Shown: positions 39,055 through 51,074 of the stretch, piece by piece
Numbering within the stretch: position 1 is the stretch's first letter
Layout of the letters: each line of letters starts with the position of its first letter
Source: an uncultured Gammaproteobacteria bacterium
GTDB lineage: Bacteria > Pseudomonadota > Gammaproteobacteria > Xanthomonadales > Rhodanobacteraceae
Reading direction: 5' to 3'
Assembly: GCA_963699975.1 (NCBI GenBank)
Contig: CAVOVY010000001.1
Span: 1,070,184-1,134,183 of the forward strand
Length of the DNA stretch: 64,000 nucleotides
Position numbers and translations under genes: made by a program
Notes under the pieces: generated by a model
What the model saw: only the letters and a program-made list of their open reading frames with translations
What the model was told of the DNA's origin: nothing
Databases searched by the model: none

Positions 39055-39684
39055 ATGCTCAAGCGCATGAACAATGTAACCAATCATAGGCAACAGGCCG
39101 AGCGCCGGATGCACTCGCGCTTCGGCATGCGTCCGCCGCCGCCCCGCAGTTTCTTCACGCGCGCTCCGCAACGCGCAAACGATGTCGTCGAAACGACGAC
39201 CGCGCGCGATGGTACGCGACTCGTGTTGCGCCAGATCCGTGTCGACGACGTCGAAGCATTGCAGCGCTTCTTCAACCGCCTCACGCCCGAGGAAGTGCGC
39301 ATGCGTTTTCTGCATCCGCTCAACGAATTGCCCGAATCGTTCGCGCGCGAGCTGTGCGACCTCGATCCCGCCCGCGCCTTCGCCTGGGTGCTCGCCGCGC
39401 CGGACGATGCGGATACGCCGGCTATCCATGGCGTGGCGCGCGCGCACGTGCTCGACCACGCCGAATTCGCGATCGTGCTGGAACATCGTTTCACCCGGCA
39501 TGGACTCGGCACGCTGCTGATGCGGCGCGTGATCGACTCCGCGCGCAAGCTCGGTGTGGTCGAGCTGTGGGGCGACGTGCTAATCGAAAACGGCGCGATG
39601 CTCGCCCTGTGCGATGCGCTCGGCTTCCAGCGCAGCATGACGATTCACAATCCGGGTCTGTTGCGCGTGCAACTGGCGCTCTAG
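39055..39684 (+). CDS. GNAT N-acetyltransferase (Pat C-terminal type)
   Basis: RDGTRLVLRQIR, RMRF, AEFAIVL...GLGTLL, ENGAMLAL...LGF. Confidence 0.85.
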   Translation: MLKRMNNVTNHRQQAERRMHSRFGMRPPPPRSFFTRAPQRANDVVETTTARDGTRLVLRQIRVDDVEALQRFFNRLTPEEVRMRFLHPLNELPESFARELCDLDPARAFAWVLAAPDDADTPAIHGVARAHVLDHAEFAIVLEHRFTRHGLGTLLMRRVIDSARKLGVVELWGDVLIENGAMLALCDALGFQRSMTIHNPGLLRVQLAL

Positions 39685-39763
39685 TCAGCACTCAAAAACT
39701 TTTCTGGTTTGCGCCAAACCGACGATGCGCTAGGCTGCGTCACTTTCGGACGGTGAAATCGCG

Positions 39764-40953
39764 ATGCTGATGCAGCACAACGGCGCCGGCGCGCGTGCAT
39801 TGTCGAATCGCAACCGCGGCATCGATGCGCTGCGCGGCGTGTCGATCCTGCTCGTCGTCATGCATCATGTCGGCATTCGCATTCCATTGAAGAAGACCGC
39901 GCTCGCCGCTTTCGTTCCGTCCTGGCTGCTCGACGGCATCAACTGGAATGGCAGCGAAGCGGTCGTCGTGTTCTTCGTGATTTCCGGTTTTCTCATCACG
40001 CGCCGCTCGCAGATTCGCTGGGGCGAACCGCGCGATATCTCGCTGCGCGGCTTCTACTGGTTTCGCGCGACGCGCATCGTGCCGGTGCTGCTGCTGATCG
40101 TCGCGCTGCTGAGCCTGTTTCATCTGCTCGGCGTGCCGCGGTTCGTGATCGACAAGCCGAATCAGTCGCTGGCCGGCGCTGTCGCTTCGGCGCTCGGCCT
40201 GTATATCAACTGGTACGAAGGCGCGACCGGGATATCTGCCCGGAGGCTGGGACGTGCTCTGGTCGCTGTCGATCGAAGAAGCGTTCTATCTGGCGTTCCC
40301 GCTGGTCTGCCTGAGCCTTGGCCGCACGCGGCTGTTCGTGCCCGCGCTGATCGCGCTCGTCCTCTCGCTGCCGTTCACGCGCGCCGCGCTCGCCGCACAG
40401 CACAACGAAATCTGGTTCGAGAAAGCGTATCTGCCGGGCATGTCGGCGATCGCAATGGGCGTGCTCGCGGCGTGGCTCGCGCGGCGTATCGCCGCTCCGG
40501 GGCGCATGTTCTGCATCGTCTTGTCCGGCACCGGAATCGCGGGCCTGTGCGCCGTGCTGTTCGCCGGCAGGACGGTCTGGACACTGCTGCACCACGGCTA
40601 TGGATTGCTGCTGCGCCGGCTCGGCGGCCTGCATCGTGCTCGGCGCGCACTGGCTCGATCAGTCGGCGCCGAACATGCGTTTGCGCGGACTCGGCTGGCT
40701 ATGCGCCTGCGGCCGCCTGAGTTACGAAATCTATCTGTTCCACATGTTCTGCGTTTTCGGCGTGCTGGCCGTGGCGAATACAAGCACCGTTGCGCCCGCC
40801 TTCGGTTTCGTCTGGTACGTGCCGGCGATCTTTTTCAGCTGGCTGCTCGGGCTTGCGATCGCGCGCGGATTTTCCGAGCCGGTCGAGCGCTGGTTGCGCC
40901 GATCTTTCCGAGGCAGACCTGCGCGCGCGGACGCCGCGAGCGCCGCAGCTTGA
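39764..40953 (+). CDS. Acyltransferase-3 (OafA-like) membrane protein (frameshifted)
   Basis: IDALRGVSILLV, FFVISGFLIT, LWSLSIEEAFY, GRLSYEIYLFH. Confidence 0.9.
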
Positions 40954-40972
40954 TGATGCGAATCCAGGCCGA

Positions 40973-42322
40973 TCAGTCTGCGCCGGCCGCGGTCGGCGCG
41001 CCATTCGCGCGATAGACGACGCCGCCCTTCATCACGAACTCGACGTGCTGCAATTGCGCGGGATCCTGCAGCGGATCGCCGGCGACCGCGACGATATCGG
41101 CGAAGCGTCCGGCCTGCACCGAGCCGATGCGATCGGACGCGCCGATCAGATCGGCGGCGTTGCGCGTGGCGGCGAAGATCGCCTGCATGCGGACTCATGC
41201 CGTTGGCGATCGAGCAGCGCGAACTCCATTGCGTGATCGCCTTCGCCGATATCGGTGCCGTAGGCGATCTTGACGCCCGACTTGAGCGCCAGCGGCAGGT
41301 TCTTTTTCGGCAGCAGATCGTTGGCCAGTTCCTTCGGCGCGGTGCCCGGCGTCAGCAGTTCCGGATGATCGCGCGCGACCGCATAGAACACGTCGTATAC
41401 GGTCAAGCGTCGGCACCAGATAGGTGCCATGCTCCTTCATCAGGGCGAAGGTCTGCGCGGTCGCGAACGAACCGTGCTCGACCGAATCGACGCCGGCGCG
41501 GACCGCGTTCTCGATCGCGCCGGCCGGATAGATATGCGCGGCGACTTTCATGCCCAGTGCGTGCGCGGTCTCGACCACGACGCGCATTTCCTCGTTGGTC
41601 ATCAACTGCTGGCGCGGATCGTCGCCGGTCGAGGCGATGCCGCCAGACGGCATCATCTTGATCAGGTCCGCGCCGCGGCGTTTGTGCTCGCGCACGCGCA
41701 TGCGCGCCTCGTCGGGCGTATCGACGATGACCGTTCTGCCAGCCTTCGTGCACGAGCTTCGGATCGAGCCCGTTGCGCGGATCGCTATGCCCGGCGGTCG
41801 GCCCGAGCGGTTCGAGCGAAACCCACAGGCGCGGCCCGGCAATGCGTGCCTGCGGCGATCGCATCGCGTACGGCGACGGTCTCGTCGCCGCCGCCGACAT
41901 CGCGCGCGCTGGTGAAACCCTGCTGCAGCATCTGCCGGGTATACAAAGCGGCATCGAATGCGCGGTCGATATCCGTAGTGCGTGAGCCAGTCCTCCGTCG
42001 CATTCGTGCGGCTCGGCAACTTCGCGGATATGTGTACATGACAATCGATGAAACCGGGCAATACGGTCGCCTTCGACAGATCGATCACGCGCGCGTCGGC
42101 CGGCGTCTTGAAGCCGTCTTCGACCGCGACGATCCTGTCGTCGTGGATCATGATCGACACTTCATGGCGCGGCGTTTGCGCGACGCCGTCGATCAGGGTG
42201 CCGGCGTGAATCACGAGATCTTTCGCGCCGAGGTGTGCCGTGCAGGCCAGGGCGAGCACAAGTGCGGCGCCGGATCGATAGGCTGGAACCACGAATTTTC
42301 CCGAATGAGGATGGGCGGCCAT
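40973..42322 (-). CDS. Secreted metal-dependent amidohydrolase (Xaa-Pro dipeptidase-like; frameshifted)
   Basis: PGFIDCHVH, GADLIK, VAAH, DSVEHG, IAYGTD, GRFADIVAV. Confidence 0.88.
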
Positions 42323-42475
42323 TAACGCCGCAGTTTACACCAGCCTCGGCCCGCACCCGCAACGCTTCGCGCGCTGCGCATATCGGCGGCCAATTCGTTT
42401 TTCAATTGGCTGGCGATTCGCTACGCTAGCGTCTCGGGCGCCACGGGCAAATCCACGATGACCAAGGGAACGACC

Positions 42476-42877
42476 ATGAAAAATCGCGCAATGGGACCTT
42501 TCGACGTCAAGCTGCAAGCGCTCGATGTCTACAACCAGGACGCCGGCACCGGTCTTGCGCGCATGTCGATCGACAAGCAGTTCCACGGCGACCTCGACGC
42601 GATGAGCAAAGGCGAAATGCTCAGCGCGATGAGCAGCGTCAAAGGCTCGGCCGGCTATGTCGCGATGGAGCGCGTAACCGGCACGCTGCACGGGCGCAGC
42701 GGCAGCTTCGTCCTGCAGCACAATGCGACGATGACGCGCGGGCAGCCGTTCCTCAACATCATCGTGGTGCCGGACTCGGGCAGCGGCGAGCTCGCGGGGC
42801 TCGCCGGCACGATGAATATCATCATCGCCGACGGCAAGCATTCCTACGAATTCGACTACACCCTGGGCGACGGCTGA
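42476..42877 (+). CDS. DUF3224 domain protein
   Basis: KQFHGDL, GYVAMERVTGTL.GRSGSFVLQH, VVPDSGSGEL. Confidence 0.9.
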   Translation: MKNRAMGPFDVKLQALDVYNQDAGTGLARMSIDKQFHGDLDAMSKGEMLSAMSSVKGSAGYVAMERVTGTLHGRSGSFVLQHNATMTRGQPFLNIIVVPDSGSGELAGLAGTMNIIIADGKHSYEFDYTLGDG

Positions 42878-42885
42878 GCGATCGG

Positions 42886-45800
42886 TCAAACGCCCGGTGT
42901 GCCCGCACGCGCGAGCGCAGCCGGTTGCGTGCGCCCGCGGCGACGCCGCAGCCAGCCCTGGAAGTGATCGAAATAAATGTAGATCACCGGCGTCAGGTAC
43001 AGCGTCAGCACCTGCGAGGTGAGCAGGCCGCCGACCACGGCGAGACCCAGCGGACGCCGCGACTCGGCACCGGCGCCCAGACCGAGCGCGATCGGCAGCG
43101 TGCCGAACAGCGCGGCGAAGCTGGTCATCATGATCGGCCGGAAGCGCACCAGGCAGGCCTCGAAGATCGCCTCCTCCGCGGTCTTGCCGCCGCGTTCGGC
43201 CTCGACCGCGAAGTCGATCATCATGATCGCGTTCTTCTTGACGATGCCGATCAGCATGATCAGGCCGACCGCCGAATACAGGTTCAGATCGATGTGGAAA
43301 ATCAGCAGCGTCAACAAGCGCGCCGAAGGCTGCGGTCGGCAGGCCGGAAAGGATCGTCAGCGGATGGATGAAACTCTCGTAGAGGATGCCGAGCACGAGA
43401 TAGATCACGAAGATCGCGAGCACCAGCAGCATGCCCATGCCGGCGACCGACGACTGGAACGCCTGCGCCGTGCCCTGGAACGAGCCGGTGATCGTGTCGG
43501 CATCTTCAGATCTGCGCCACTGCGGCGTCGATGCGTTCGCACCGCCTGGCTCGAGCGACACGCCGGGCGCGAGATTGAACGACATCGTGACCGCCGGCAC
43601 CTGGCCGAGATGGCTGATCGTCGCCGCGCCCACCGACTTGTCGAAATGCGCGACCGCCGATAGCGGCACGAGCTGGCCGCTGTCGGAATGCACGTAGATC
43701 TGGCTGAGCACGCCCGGATCGTTCTGCCGCTTCGGATCGACCTGCATCAGCACCCAGTACTGGTCGATCGACGTGTAGATCGTGGACACCTGCTGCGGTC
43801 CGAACGCCGTGTACAGCGCGCCCTCGATCTGCGCCGCGGTCACGCCGACGGCCGCCGCCGCATCGCGATCGATCTTCACATCGATCTGCGGCGTGGCGAT
43901 CTGCAGATCGCTGGTCACGTCCTGGAACCCGGGCAGCCTGGCGATCGCCGCGACGAGCTTCGGCACGAAGCGCGAACAGTTCGTGCGTGTCGATATCCTG
44001 CAGCGTGTACTGGTATTCGGTCTTGGTCAGATGACGCGCCGATGCGGATGATCGGAATGTTCTGCAGATAGACCTTGAAGCCCGGAATGCCGGTCGAGCT
44101 TCGGCCGCAGTTCCTGGATCACCTCGTCGGGCGTGCCGCGCTCGCTGCGCGGTTTCAAGCGTCACGATCATGCGGCCGAGATTGAGCGTCGCACTGCTGC
44201 CGGATACGCCGATGAACGACATCACGCCCTGCACGTTCGGGTCCTCGCGGATGATCTTCGCGGCCTCGTTGTGCTTGCGCGCCATCTCGTCGAAGCCGAC
44301 ATCCTGAGTCGGCCTCGGTGAACACGAACAACTGGCCGGTGTCGTCGCTCGGCAGAAAGCCTTTCGGCACGATCGACGAACAACGCCGACCGTGGCGATC
44401 AGGATCGCGGCGAATGCGAGCATGACACCATGCGCTGGTGGGCGAGGCAGGTGCGCAGCGTGCGCCGGTAGAAATCCTGCATGCCGTCGAAGACGATGCT
44501 CGAAAAACTGCGTAGACACGGCCATGGCGTCTCGCCGTGGTGCGGCTTCAGCATGCGGCTGCACAGCATCGGCGTGAGGCTCAGGGAGACGAATCCGGAC
44601 ACCAGCACCGCGCTGACGATGGTCACCGCGAATTCGTGCAGCAGGCGGCCGATGATGCCGCCCATGAACAGCACCGGGATGAAAACGGCGGCCAGCGACA
44701 GCGTCATCGACACGATCGTGAAACCGATTTCGCGCGCGCCATCGAACGTCGCCTGCAAGCGCGCGACTTGCCCATCTCCATGTGGCGCGAGATGTTTTCC
44801 AGCATGACGATCGCGTCGTCGACGACGAAGCCGACGCACAGGGTCAAGCGCCATCAGCGACAGATTGTCGAGGCTGTAGCCGAACGGATACATGATCGCG
44901 AACGTGCCGACGATCGACATCGGCAGCGCCAGCGAGGGAATGATCGTCGCCGACAGGTTGCGCAGGAAGACGAAGATCACCAGGACCACGAGGATCAGGC
45001 GCGAGGAGCAGGCTGAACTGCACGTCGTCGACCGATGCGCGGATGCTCTGCGTGCGGTCGTAGAACACCTTCAGTTCGACGCCGGCCGGCAGCTGCTTCT
45101 CGAATGCCGGCAGCACGGCGCGGATGCGCTCGACCACGGCGATCGTGTTGACGCCCGGGCTGCTTCTGGATCGCCAGCAGCACGCCGCGCCGGCCGTCGA
45201 ACCAGGCGACGATGCTTGTCGTTCTGCGACGCCGTCGTAGACATGGGCGATGTCGCGCAGGCGCACCGGCGGCGCCGTTCTGGTAACTCACGATCAGATC
45301 GGCGAACGGCTTGGCCGCCGTCGAACTGGCCGTTGACCATGACGTTGTAGGTACGCTTGCTGCCGTACAGCGTGCCGGTCGGCAGGTTGACGTTGCCGTT
45401 GGCGACCGCCGCCTGAACCTGATCGATGCCGATGCCGCGCGCGGCCATCGCCGCCGGATCGAGGTCGATGCGCACGGCGTATTTCGCCGAGCCGTAGACG
45501 TTGACCAGGGCGACGCCGTCGATCATCGACAGACGCTGCGCGAGCAGCGATTCGGCGTACTCGTCGACTTTCGACAGCGGCAGGGTGTCCGAGGTCATGC
45601 CGACGTAGAAGATCGGCGCGTCCGCGGGATTGACCTTGCGGAAGGTCGGCGGCGTGGTCATCGTCGGCGGCAACTGTCTCAGCGCCGCGGAAATCGCCGA
45701 CTGCACGTCGAGCGCGGCGGCGTCGATGTCGCGGTCGAGGGTGAACTGCAAGGTGATCTGGCTTTGCCCGATGCCGCTCAACGAGGTCATCGAATCGAGT

Positions 45801-46030
45801 GCGGGAATCGACGAGAACTGTTTTTCGAGCGGTGTCGCCACGGCCGACGCCATCGTCTCGGGCGATGCGCCGGGCAACGTCGCGGTGACCTGGATCGTCG
45901 GAAAGTCCACGTTCGGCAGATCGGACACCGGCAGCAGCCGATAGGCGACGATGCCGAACACGAGGATGCCGATCATCACCAGCGTGGTCATGACCGGACG
46001 GCGGACGAAGATTTCCGAGACGGACGTCAT
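42886..46030 (-). CDS. RND efflux permease (MdtB/MdtC-like; frameshifted)
   Basis: [49 protein letters not shown]. Confidence 0.93.
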
Positions 46031-46040
46031 GCGCTGGCGC

Positions 46041-47247
46041 TCACTGGTCGATCGCCGCCTCGTCGCCCGCGTTGCCGGCGCCGCCTTCGGCGGGTTTGCC
46101 CGTGGCGATCTTCACCGCGCTGCCGTCGACCAGGCGCGACTGGCCGTCGGTGACGACGATCTCGCCGGCGCTGAGTCCCTTTTCGATCACGCTCTCGCCC
46201 TGCACGCTGCGCGCGACGCTGACGCTGCGCTGTTCGGCGTGCTGGTCGGCCTTGATGACGAACACGTAACTGCCGTTCGGCCCGGCCTTCACCGCGGCAT
46301 CCGGAACGACGATCGCGTTGGCGTCGGTGCCGAGGGTCAACACGATGTTGACGAACTGGCCGGGCCACAAGGTCTCGTCGGCGTTGGCGAAGGTGGCGCG
46401 CAGTTTCACCGTGTTCGTGGACGGATCGACGGCATTGTCCACAAAAGCCAATTCTCCACTTTGCGGCTTTTGCGCACCGCCGCCCTGAGCTTGATCGAAG
46501 CTGGCCTGCACGCCGAGCGCGCCCTTTGCCTGCGCGGCGCGCACACGCTCCACGTACGCGCCGGGTACGGCGAAGTTGACGAAGATCGGCACAATCTGGT
46601 TGATCACCAGCAACGCATTGGTGTCGTTCGCCTTCACCAGGTTGCCCGGCTTGCACGAGAATGCGGCCGGCGCGACCGGCGAACGGGGCGCGGATATCGG
46701 CGTAGCCCAGGGTCAGTTTCGCCGCGGCGATATTGGCCTGATCGACCTTGACGCTCGCCGCCGCCGCTTCGAATGCGGTCACGTATTGCTGCATCTGGTC
46801 GGCGGAAATAAAACCCTTGGCCGCGACCGGCTGGTAGCGATCGACCTGCGCCTTGGCCAGCTCGCGCGCGGCAACATCTTTGGCCAGCGCGGCATCGGCC
46901 TGGGCGAGCGCTGCCTGCGCCGGCCGCGGATCGATCTTGAACAGCAACTGCCCGGCTTTGACTTCTTCGCCGTCCTTGACCGCGCTTTCCAGCAACTGGC
47001 CATCGATCAACGATTTCACCGCCACGCTGTTGATCGCCTCGACCGTACCGACCGCGCCGATCAGATCGGGCACGCTCTTGCGCTGCGCGGTGGCGACGCT
47101 GACCGGAGCGGGAGGCACCGCTGCCGGCGGCGGCGGCGCGGAGCAGGCGGCGACCGCAAGTATCAGCGCGCTGAGAATAACCGCCGCACACGCACCGGAG
47201 TTCGCCGACTGACCGCTGCCGGCAGGAATAAGCTTGGGTGCTCTCAT
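46041..47247 (-). CDS. RND membrane fusion protein (MdtA-like; frameshifted)
   Basis: Lipobox VAAC, AGQLLFKIDPRP, IRAPFAG, VDNAVDPSTNTVKLRA, LWPGQFV. Confidence 0.92.
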
Positions 47248-47374
47248 GGCGCAATTATCGCCTACCGCCATGTCATCCGAGACACCTTAACTGTAAAAAA
47301 ATGTGAGACTTCGAAGCGGTGAAGATGCAAGACGCTGAATTCCTTGCCAAGCCGCAACGCGGTAAAGTTCAGCA

Positions 47375-50221
47375 ATGCAGAGAGCTCTGTCGCCAGCCGC
47401 GTCTTCCGTCTGCCGCGTCGTTTTTCTGGTCGTGCTGGCGGCATTCATGCAAAGCGCGATCGCACAACAAAGCTACTTTCGCCTCTACGATCAAACCACC
47501 GGGCTGAATGTCGGACAAATTGCAGCGCTCGCTCAGGACGAGACGGGGTTTATCTGGATCGGCGCACATCGTGGGCTGGTCCGCTTCGATGGGCACAACT
47601 TCATCGCCTGGGCGCCGGACCAGGTCGATGAGCTGGTCAACCGGATTATTCTCGGACCCAGCGACGAACTGCTCGTTGGCACGGCACGCGGACGCGCGTG
47701 GAGACGCGCAGGTTCAAGTCTTGAACCGCTGATCGGACCCGACGCGGCGTCCATTGCGAATCTGGCGGCGTTCGACTTCGATGCGCGCGGCGATCTGTGG
47801 GCCATCCTCGGTCGCGACTTGTGGCGGCGCGACGCATCACAGCGTTGGCAGCGGATCGACCATGGTATTCCTGCGCAGGAAACGCCGCGCTTCGTTCGCG
47901 CAATTGGCGACGATGTTGTAGTGCTCACGGATCAGGCCGCGTGGCGCCTGCGTAATTCCAATCCGGCCGAAATCGTGCTGCGCGAGCCCCATCTCTGGTC
48001 GGTCGCCGGCAATCGGCAATCGCCATTGTGGCTGGTCACGCATTTCGGTCGTCTCTGGCGCGTGGATGCGGAGGGCGCCAGCGAGGTTGCAACGCCGCAC
48101 AGTCGAGTGCTCGACTTGCGCATGCGTGGTTCGACATTGTGGCTGTCGCTCGACACCCAGCTCGTCGCTATCGGCGCCGACGGACATCAGCGACGCATGG
48201 GAATAGAGGATGGGCTGCCGAGCGGCGGACCGTTGTTCGTGGATCGGGAAAGCAGCTTGTGGCTTGGTAGTTTTGTCGGATTGGTGCAGTTTCCCGAGCC
48301 AGACACGTGGCAATGGGGCCTGCACGAAGGGCTGCCCTCGATGCACGTGCACGCACTGGCCGAAGCGGAAAGTGCGATCTGGGTGTCCGCATGGGTGAAC
48401 GGGCTGACGCGAATCGACGAGCGCACGGGACAGCTCACGCTGGTCGACACGGAAATCCCCGCAGGAGAAATTTGTACGACCGGGAAACGAGGCATCTGGA
48501 CTTTGGATGGCCGACACATTCTCGCCTGGGACAAGACGCATTTCCGAACGGTTGCCGATTTGCCGGTACCGGCACAACTCACCAGCTGCGTCGTCGATAA
48601 CGTCGACAACTTGTGGCTCGCGACAACTGCGAACCTGCTCCGCCTCGCATCGGCTGCCGTAACCCCGGCCACGATCAAACTCGACCGTAATGAGACCTTC
48701 GACCTTGTCTGGCTCGACGGTGACCAGTTGTTCGTTGCCAACCAAGCGCACGCGTGCCGCTTGCGTCCTGCCGGCGACAGCGCCGCGCTGGAGGATTGCA
48801 TCGCCACCGATATGCCGCGCGACTGGATCTCGCAGGCGCGCATCGGCCAGCGACGCGACTGGTTAACCGCCACGGACGGACTGTTCGAATATGACGGCGA
48901 ACACCTCCGCCGCCTGCGCGGCAATCACGACGTGGAGGGCGGAATCATCCAGAAGCTTAGCCCGGCGCCGAACGGCGACTGGTGGGCAGCCGGCGCCGGC
49001 GTGCTGATGCGCATCCACTCCTGCGCCGCCTGCGAATCGGGCTTCCGGATCAAGGAAACACCAGGGCTCTGGCAAGGTGTGCCGGGCGACGCAGCACTGG
49101 ATGTCGTCGAGACCAGCAGCGGAGATCTGTGGATCGCCGGCAACCGCGGAGTATGGCGCGTCCTGCACGCAGTGCGCGGCTTGCCGACGCAGGCACCATC
49201 GATCGTGCTCGTGCACGCCCAGATCGACGCCGATGCGCGCCCGCCCGCGGCGGCAATCGAACTGCGGCCGCAGGACCATCGCCTCGAATTGGAATTTGCC
49301 GCGCTGAGTTTTCGCGATCCTTCGCTCTTACGCTATCGCTGGCGCCTGGGCGTCGAAGGCGCCTGGTCGGCGCCGGTGCGCGACCCGCATCTGCAATTCG
49401 CCGCACTCGAGCCCGGCGCCTACCATGCCGTAATGAGCGCCAGTCTCGACGGAGTGCATTGGTCCGCGTCGCCCGCCACGGTCGAATTCACCGTACTGCC
49501 GCCGTGGTACCGCACAGTTTGGGCACGCATTGCGTTAGCCGTGGCGACGATTGGCTTGCTTGCCTGGATGTACCGGCTGCGCGTCGCCGCGCTGTTGCGT
49601 GTCGAGTCCGAACGCACGCGCATCGCGATGGACCTGCATGACGAGATCGGCGCGGGTCTTGGCAGCATCGGCATGCTCGCCGGCGCCGCCGCACGTACGC
49701 GCGCCGATGCCGAGGAACAGCAGCGCATCGTGCGCGAAATCGGCGACGTCTCGAATCTTCTCGGCAGCGGCCTGCGCTCGCTGGTGTGGTCGCTGCGCAG
49801 CAGCAAGGCGGGTGTCGGCGAACTCGGAGAACAGATTGCCGACCACGCACGCCGCCTTTTCCCCGGCCGCGAGCCGCAGCTGACGATTCGATTGCCCGGC
49901 GCCGACGCCACGCTGCCATTGGCCCCGCAGGAACGCCGGCATCTGCTGCTGTTCGCGCTCGAAGCGCTGCATAACGTTTCGCGCCACGCCCACGCAAACC
50001 GGGTGAACGTAAGCCTGGAAGCAATGGCGCAAAGCGGCCTGCGTTTGCTCATCGAGGACGATGGTCGTGGTTTCGACAGCAAGCACGACGCGCGCGGCAC
50101 CGGTCTTGCCAGCATGCGCCGGCGGGCTGCGGCGATCCACGCAGAGTTCGATCTGGCCAGCGCGCCTGGCAACGGGACACGCATAGCGCTGACCTATCCC
50201 GCGCCACCCAGGCACGCATGA
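47375..50221 (+). CDS. Sensor histidine kinase (periplasmic beta-propeller, Y_Y_Y domain, HisKA_3)
   Basis: QDETGFIWIG-type repeats, YRWRL...LEPGAY, LPPWYRT, ERTRIAMDLHDEIG, EDDGRGF, GTGL. Confidence 0.92.
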   Translation: MQRALSPAASSVCRVVFLVVLAAFMQSAIAQQSYFRLYDQTTGLNVGQIAALAQDETGFIWIGAHRGLVRFDGHNFIAWAPDQVDELVNRIILGPSDELLVGTARGRAWRRAGSSLEPLIGPDAASIANLAAFDFDARGDLWAILGRDLWRRDASQRWQRIDHGIPAQETPRFVRAIGDDVVVLTDQAAWRLRNSNPAEIVLREPHLWSVAGNRQSPLWLVTHFGRLWRVDAEGASEVATPHSRVLDLRMRGSTLWLSLDTQLVAIGADGHQRRMGIEDGLPSGGPLFVDRESSLWLGSFVGLVQFPEPDTWQWGLHEGLPSMHVHALAEAESAIWVSAWVNGLTRIDERTGQLTLVDTEIPAGEICTTGKRGIWTLDGRHILAWDKTHFRTVADLPVPAQLTSCVVDNVDNLWLATTANLLRLASAAVTPATIKLDRNETFDLVWLDGDQLFVANQAHACRLRPAGDSAALEDCIATDMPRDWISQARIGQRRDWLTATDGLFEYDGEHLRRLRGNHDVEGGIIQKLSPAPNGDWWAAGAGVLMRIHSCAACESGFRIKETPGLWQGVPGDAALDVVETSSGDLWIAGNRGVWRVLHAVRGLPTQAPSIVLVHAQIDADARPPAAAIELRPQDHRLELEFAALSFRDPSLLRYRWRLGVEGAWSAPVRDPHLQFAALEPGAYHAVMSASLDGVHWSASPATVEFTVLPPWYRTVWARIALAVATIGLLAWMYRLRVAALLRVESERTRIAMDLHDEIGAGLGSIGMLAGAAARTRADAEEQQRIVREIGDVSNLLGSGLRSLVWSLRSSKAGVGELGEQIADHARRLFPGREPQLTIRLPGADATLPLAPQERRHLLLFALEALHNVSRHAHANRVNVSLEAMAQSGLRLLIEDDGRGFDSKHDARGTGLASMRRRAAAIHAEFDLASAPGNGTRIALTYPAPPRHA

Positions 50222-50952
50222 TCATGTCGTTGCCAGCGCATGCCAGTCAGGGCCAGCCTACGCGTATGAGTACGACCGCTGTCATGCGTCTGGCCACGGT
50301 GGAGGACGACCCGCGGTTCCGCAGCAGTTTCGCGCTGTTGCTGCGCAGCCTGCCCGGCTTTGATCTTGCGGCGAGTTATGCGAGCGCCAAAACCCTGCTC
50401 GCTGCCGCGCGGCATGCTCACCAGCTGCACCTGCCTCTGCCATTCGAACTCGTACTCACCGATCTGGGCCTGCCCGAGATCGATGGCATCGCGCTCACGC
50501 GCGAATTGAAAACGCTGTTTCCGCAATTGCGCGTCATCGTGTTGTCGGTATTCGAAGATCCGGCCAACGTACTCGCGGCAATTTGCGCCGGCGCCGACGG
50601 CTACTTGCTCAAAGGCGTATCGAGCGAGGAAATGATCGCCCAACTCGAACAAATTCGGCTGGGGCGGGTTACCCTGAGTACGGCGCTCGCCGGCACCGTG
50701 CTGCGCCTGGTAAGGGAAAGCAACAAAACCACTTTCTCCAACGCAAGCCTGCCGCAGGACCTCGGCCTGAGCGTGCGCCAGCTCGACGTCCTGCGCGCGC
50801 TGGTCGACGGCTTGTCGTATAGGGAAATCGGCGAGCGGCTCGAGATCGCCACGGACACCGTACGCGGCCATATTCGACAGATCTACTCGACCCTGCAAGT
50901 GCACAACGTGGCCGAGGCCGTGACCTACGCGCTGCGACACGGCTTGGCATAA
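50218..50952 (+). CDS. NarL/LuxR-family response regulator
   Basis: VEDD, LTDLGLPEIDGI, GADGYLLK, C-terminal LuxR HTH. Confidence 0.93.
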   Translation: MIMSLPAHASQGQPTRMSTTAVMRLATVEDDPRFRSSFALLLRSLPGFDLAASYASAKTLLAAARHAHQLHLPLPFELVLTDLGLPEIDGIALTRELKTLFPQLRVIVLSVFEDPANVLAAICAGADGYLLKGVSSEEMIAQLEQIRLGRVTLSTALAGTVLRLVRESNKTTFSNASLPQDLGLSVRQLDVLRALVDGLSYREIGERLEIATDTVRGHIRQIYSTLQVHNVAEAVTYALRHGLA

Positions 50953-51074
50953 CCTCAACGACACGCCGACAGAATTTACATCAGGCGAGCGAGCGACCAG
51001 CATATTCATGCTATAGCCCGGACACACACTTGTCGCTATTTTTGGCGTAGTCCGCCAGCGCATGGAGTCGGGGA